From the NCBI RefSeq assembly GCF_006345805.1, contig NC_042998.1:183458001-183522000 (forward strand): a DNA stretch of 64,000 nt, written 5' to 3'. Source of the DNA: Octopus sinensis (lineage: Eukaryota). Shown here one piece after another: positions 61,076 to 64,000 of this stretch (position 1 is the stretch's first letter; each line of letters starts with the position of its first letter). A program made the translations under genes and the position numbers. The notes under the pieces were generated by a model. The model had not been told where the DNA came from, searched no databases, and was given only the letters and a program-made list of their open reading frames with translations.

Positions 61076-64000
61076 TAATATAAGCTGTACAGCAGAAATG
61101 GTGTTGATTGTTCCTCATTACTATTCAGGTTTACTACTCTAAATGTTGATGTGGATTTCTCCTTTCTTTGGTCTATTTTCCCCGTTCCTTCTGTTATGCA
61201 ATAAAGGACTTACCCTCTTTCCAGCTACTCCTACCCATTGTTATATAATTCAGAGTAGCCAGGTATCTCCTCTGTAGTAAGGCACCTGTGTTTGTCCCTC
61301 TATCACATTTTAGCCTTCTAATATCTGGCATTAAAAAAAAAATCACTGTACCCTAACAAAAATGACCCCACTTAATCAATAGCGCTTTTACCTTTTCCTG
61401 TTCTTTTCGTACACCTCACAAGTGCCAATGGCATGAAAAAAGAAAAGGACCTGGTATATGCTGTAAAGCAGTTTGCATTGAGAAGGGGATCCAGCTGAAG
61501 AGAAACAATATCAAGCTGATACTGGAGCTTGACATGGCCCTGGAGCATGCTGCTGGATTGTGTCAAACTGTCTAACCCATGCTAGCATGGAAAACAAATG
61601 TTAAATGATGATTATGTGTGTTTATGTCTCCGTCATTTAGCGGTTCGGCAAAAGAGACTGATAAATAAGTACTGGGCTTACAAAGAATAAGTCCCAGGGT
61701 CGAGTTGCTCGATTAAAGGCGGTGCTCCAGCATGGCCACAGTCAAATGACTTAAACAAGTAAAAGAGAGTAAAAAGAGATTATGTCAAGTTTTATATCGG
61801 TAGTATTTTAAAGAATTCAGAATTCAGTTGAAATATTTCTGCACTATATTCTCTACATTGTTACAAAATCCTCATGAATAGATCTTTGAAATTAAATGTA
61901 ACAAATAGTATGTAAAAAGACAAAACAATTGACTGAAAGACAATACTAAATTATATATAAATCACTGCTAGGTGACATCACAGAATCTGAGCAGAAAATA
62001 TAAATATAAATAAGCAGCAGAAGATTTAACCATGACAGCTGTGTCTAGTTTGTGTAATTCCTTAACCAAAAGTCAAAACAGTGAAGGTGATACTGTATGA
62101 AGTCATTCTCATTGCACTAAAAGCCACTAAATCCAATATGATAGACTCAAAACAATAAAGAGTATTAAATCTCTAAAGAACTTATTCTCACTCACCACCA
62201 GAATCCTTAATGAGAGGTGGGTCTGAGGATCTCAACAAAACACCCTTTAAAATCAACTAATGTGATGAGCTTCACATCAGCTTTAATTGAATATGTCTCT
62301 GATATGAGCATTCCAAGCCATCCTGTCTGTTGTAACCGGCACTCTCTCAATTACGATGATCAATGGAATAGTCTGCTTTTGAAATTGATATGCAAGTGGT
62401 TGAGTACTTCACAGACATGCATACCCTTAACGTAGTTCTCGGGGAAGTTCAGCACAAATTAGAATGTCACAAGGGCGGCTCTTTGATATACAGGTACTAC
62501 TCATTTTTGCTAGCTGAGTGGACTGGGGCAACGTGAAATAAAGTGTCTTGCTCAAGGACACAATGCCACCAAGAATCAAACACATGATCTTACAATCAAG
62601 AGCTGAATACTCTAACTACTAAGATTAGGGTATTGACATATGTCATTACAGTAGGGATTTTCCAAGACAGAAGGGATTTTGGACTGGTTGCTATTTCTAG
62701 CAAGTTAAGCAATGATGTAAAGGCTGTCTCATTGGCTTATTATTGAGTAGCCTGTTTGAGTCACATGATAAGGTCAATATCAGTGATATAGACAACTTAC
62801 TTGGAGCAAAGCACGCTCCCCATAAATAAATAGGATGCACAGAAAGTTAGATTTCCTGTTAAAGCAGAACAATGCATCAGTTTTTAAAGAGTTAGTGCAA
62901 TTGTTTCCAAAAACACCACCTGATACCCAACTATTTCATTATTTAGACAATTCCAAACCTTTCACTGGAATGCTCTTTTGCTGAAACTAATAAAAAGGTA
63001 AACAGAAACTCATAAAAAGAAAGAAAAAAAAAATAAGAAAGCAACTATACTGACAATATTTAAACAGGTATCTCAGTAAAGGTATTCATTTATCAACTAT
63101 GAGATAAAAGGTATACATCTTGCTAGCTTGTGTGATAGGTAAATGAGTAGTGGTGAGAGATGATGATTATGGTGGTGATATGGTGGTGGTATGGTGGTGG
63201 TGGGGGGGATAATGGAGGTGGATACAATATCAATTTAATAACTACCAACTTTCAAATACTATCCTCCACCCAACTACCCGGGTTTTTGATAAATGAGCTT
63301 TCATGCCTATATCTTCCTACACATTATCTATCTGTTTGTTTGTCCGGCTGTCATGTGTGTGTGTGTGTGTGTGTGTGTGTATTTATGTTAGTATGAATGA
63401 ATGGATGAGTGTGTGTGTGTGTATGTGAGACTATGTATGTTTTGCTAGTGGATGTGTATATATGATATGTGCATATATATGTAACTAGTTGTGTAACTGT
63501 ATGTGTGTGTATGTATATAAACGGATGTGTGCAAGTATGATATTGCATACATATCTTTCAGCAGCTATTTGCACGATTGTGTGTGTGTGTGTGTTGTGTG
63601 TGTGTGTGTGTGTGTGTGTATGAGTGTGTGTGTGTGTATGAGTATGTGTGCACATATGTGATGGTGTGTAGGAGTTCAGAAAGCCGTGAGAAAGTATACA
63701 TTTCTCAAGAGGAAAAGACAAACAGTGGAGAAGATGTTCTGTGTATCTTTCCAAAAAACGCCTGGCTAGATCTATTGTCACACATTCAATAGTAAATGAA
63801 TCTATGGTAGAGGTGGACGGAGGGTGGGAGATGTTTGCCAATGACATGCCCACCCTTAACTAAATACCAAGGTAACTCTTTTGAGTTTATTGTGATTGCA
63901 CTACATTACTAGGTTAATTAGGTGAGGAAATGAGCTGGTAAGCTCATCAGGTGAACTAACATTGAATATCTGACATATATTATATATATATATATAGGAC

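Overview
AT-rich, repeat-dense animal genomic DNA. The repeat families, (GAT)n-tailed RTE remnants and (TA)n/(GATA)n microsatellites suggest an octopod cephalopod; this is an inference, not a database result. Two host genes are visible and point towards each other. One is the last five coding exons of PUF60/half-pint (+ strand, 1-6081, splice phases consistent, C-terminal UHM domain). The other is the large terminal coding exon of an LZTS/Fez1-family gene (- strand, 26695-25460), for which I found no upstream exon in the remaining 37 kb. The rest is mostly mobile-element debris: at least four tRNA-derived SINE families that swap modules, many 5'-truncated RTE 3' ends, CR1 ends, a full-length decayed Tc1/mariner interrupted by an RTE, and MITEs of piggyBac-, pogo-, Merlin- and hAT-like type. 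The most notable observations are: (1) a nearly complete type I hammerhead ribozyme at 20604-20671 inside an inverted duplication, with several decayed hammerhead-like relics nearby; (2) a 22-bp-period CpG array with eight perfect GCGCATGCGC (NRF1-type) palindromes; (3) the same piggyBac-like MITE at the same internal TTAA of another MITE in both orientations; (4) a Merlin-like MITE carrying a variable (CCCTAA)n tract; (5) many short, locally templated duplications; (6) an unclassified satellite plus direct-repeat/poly(A) composite at 51.3-52.75 kb. I found no CRISPR array, rRNA gene or genuine tRNA gene. Repeat boundaries were read by eye and are approximate unless a TIR or TSD is quoted.
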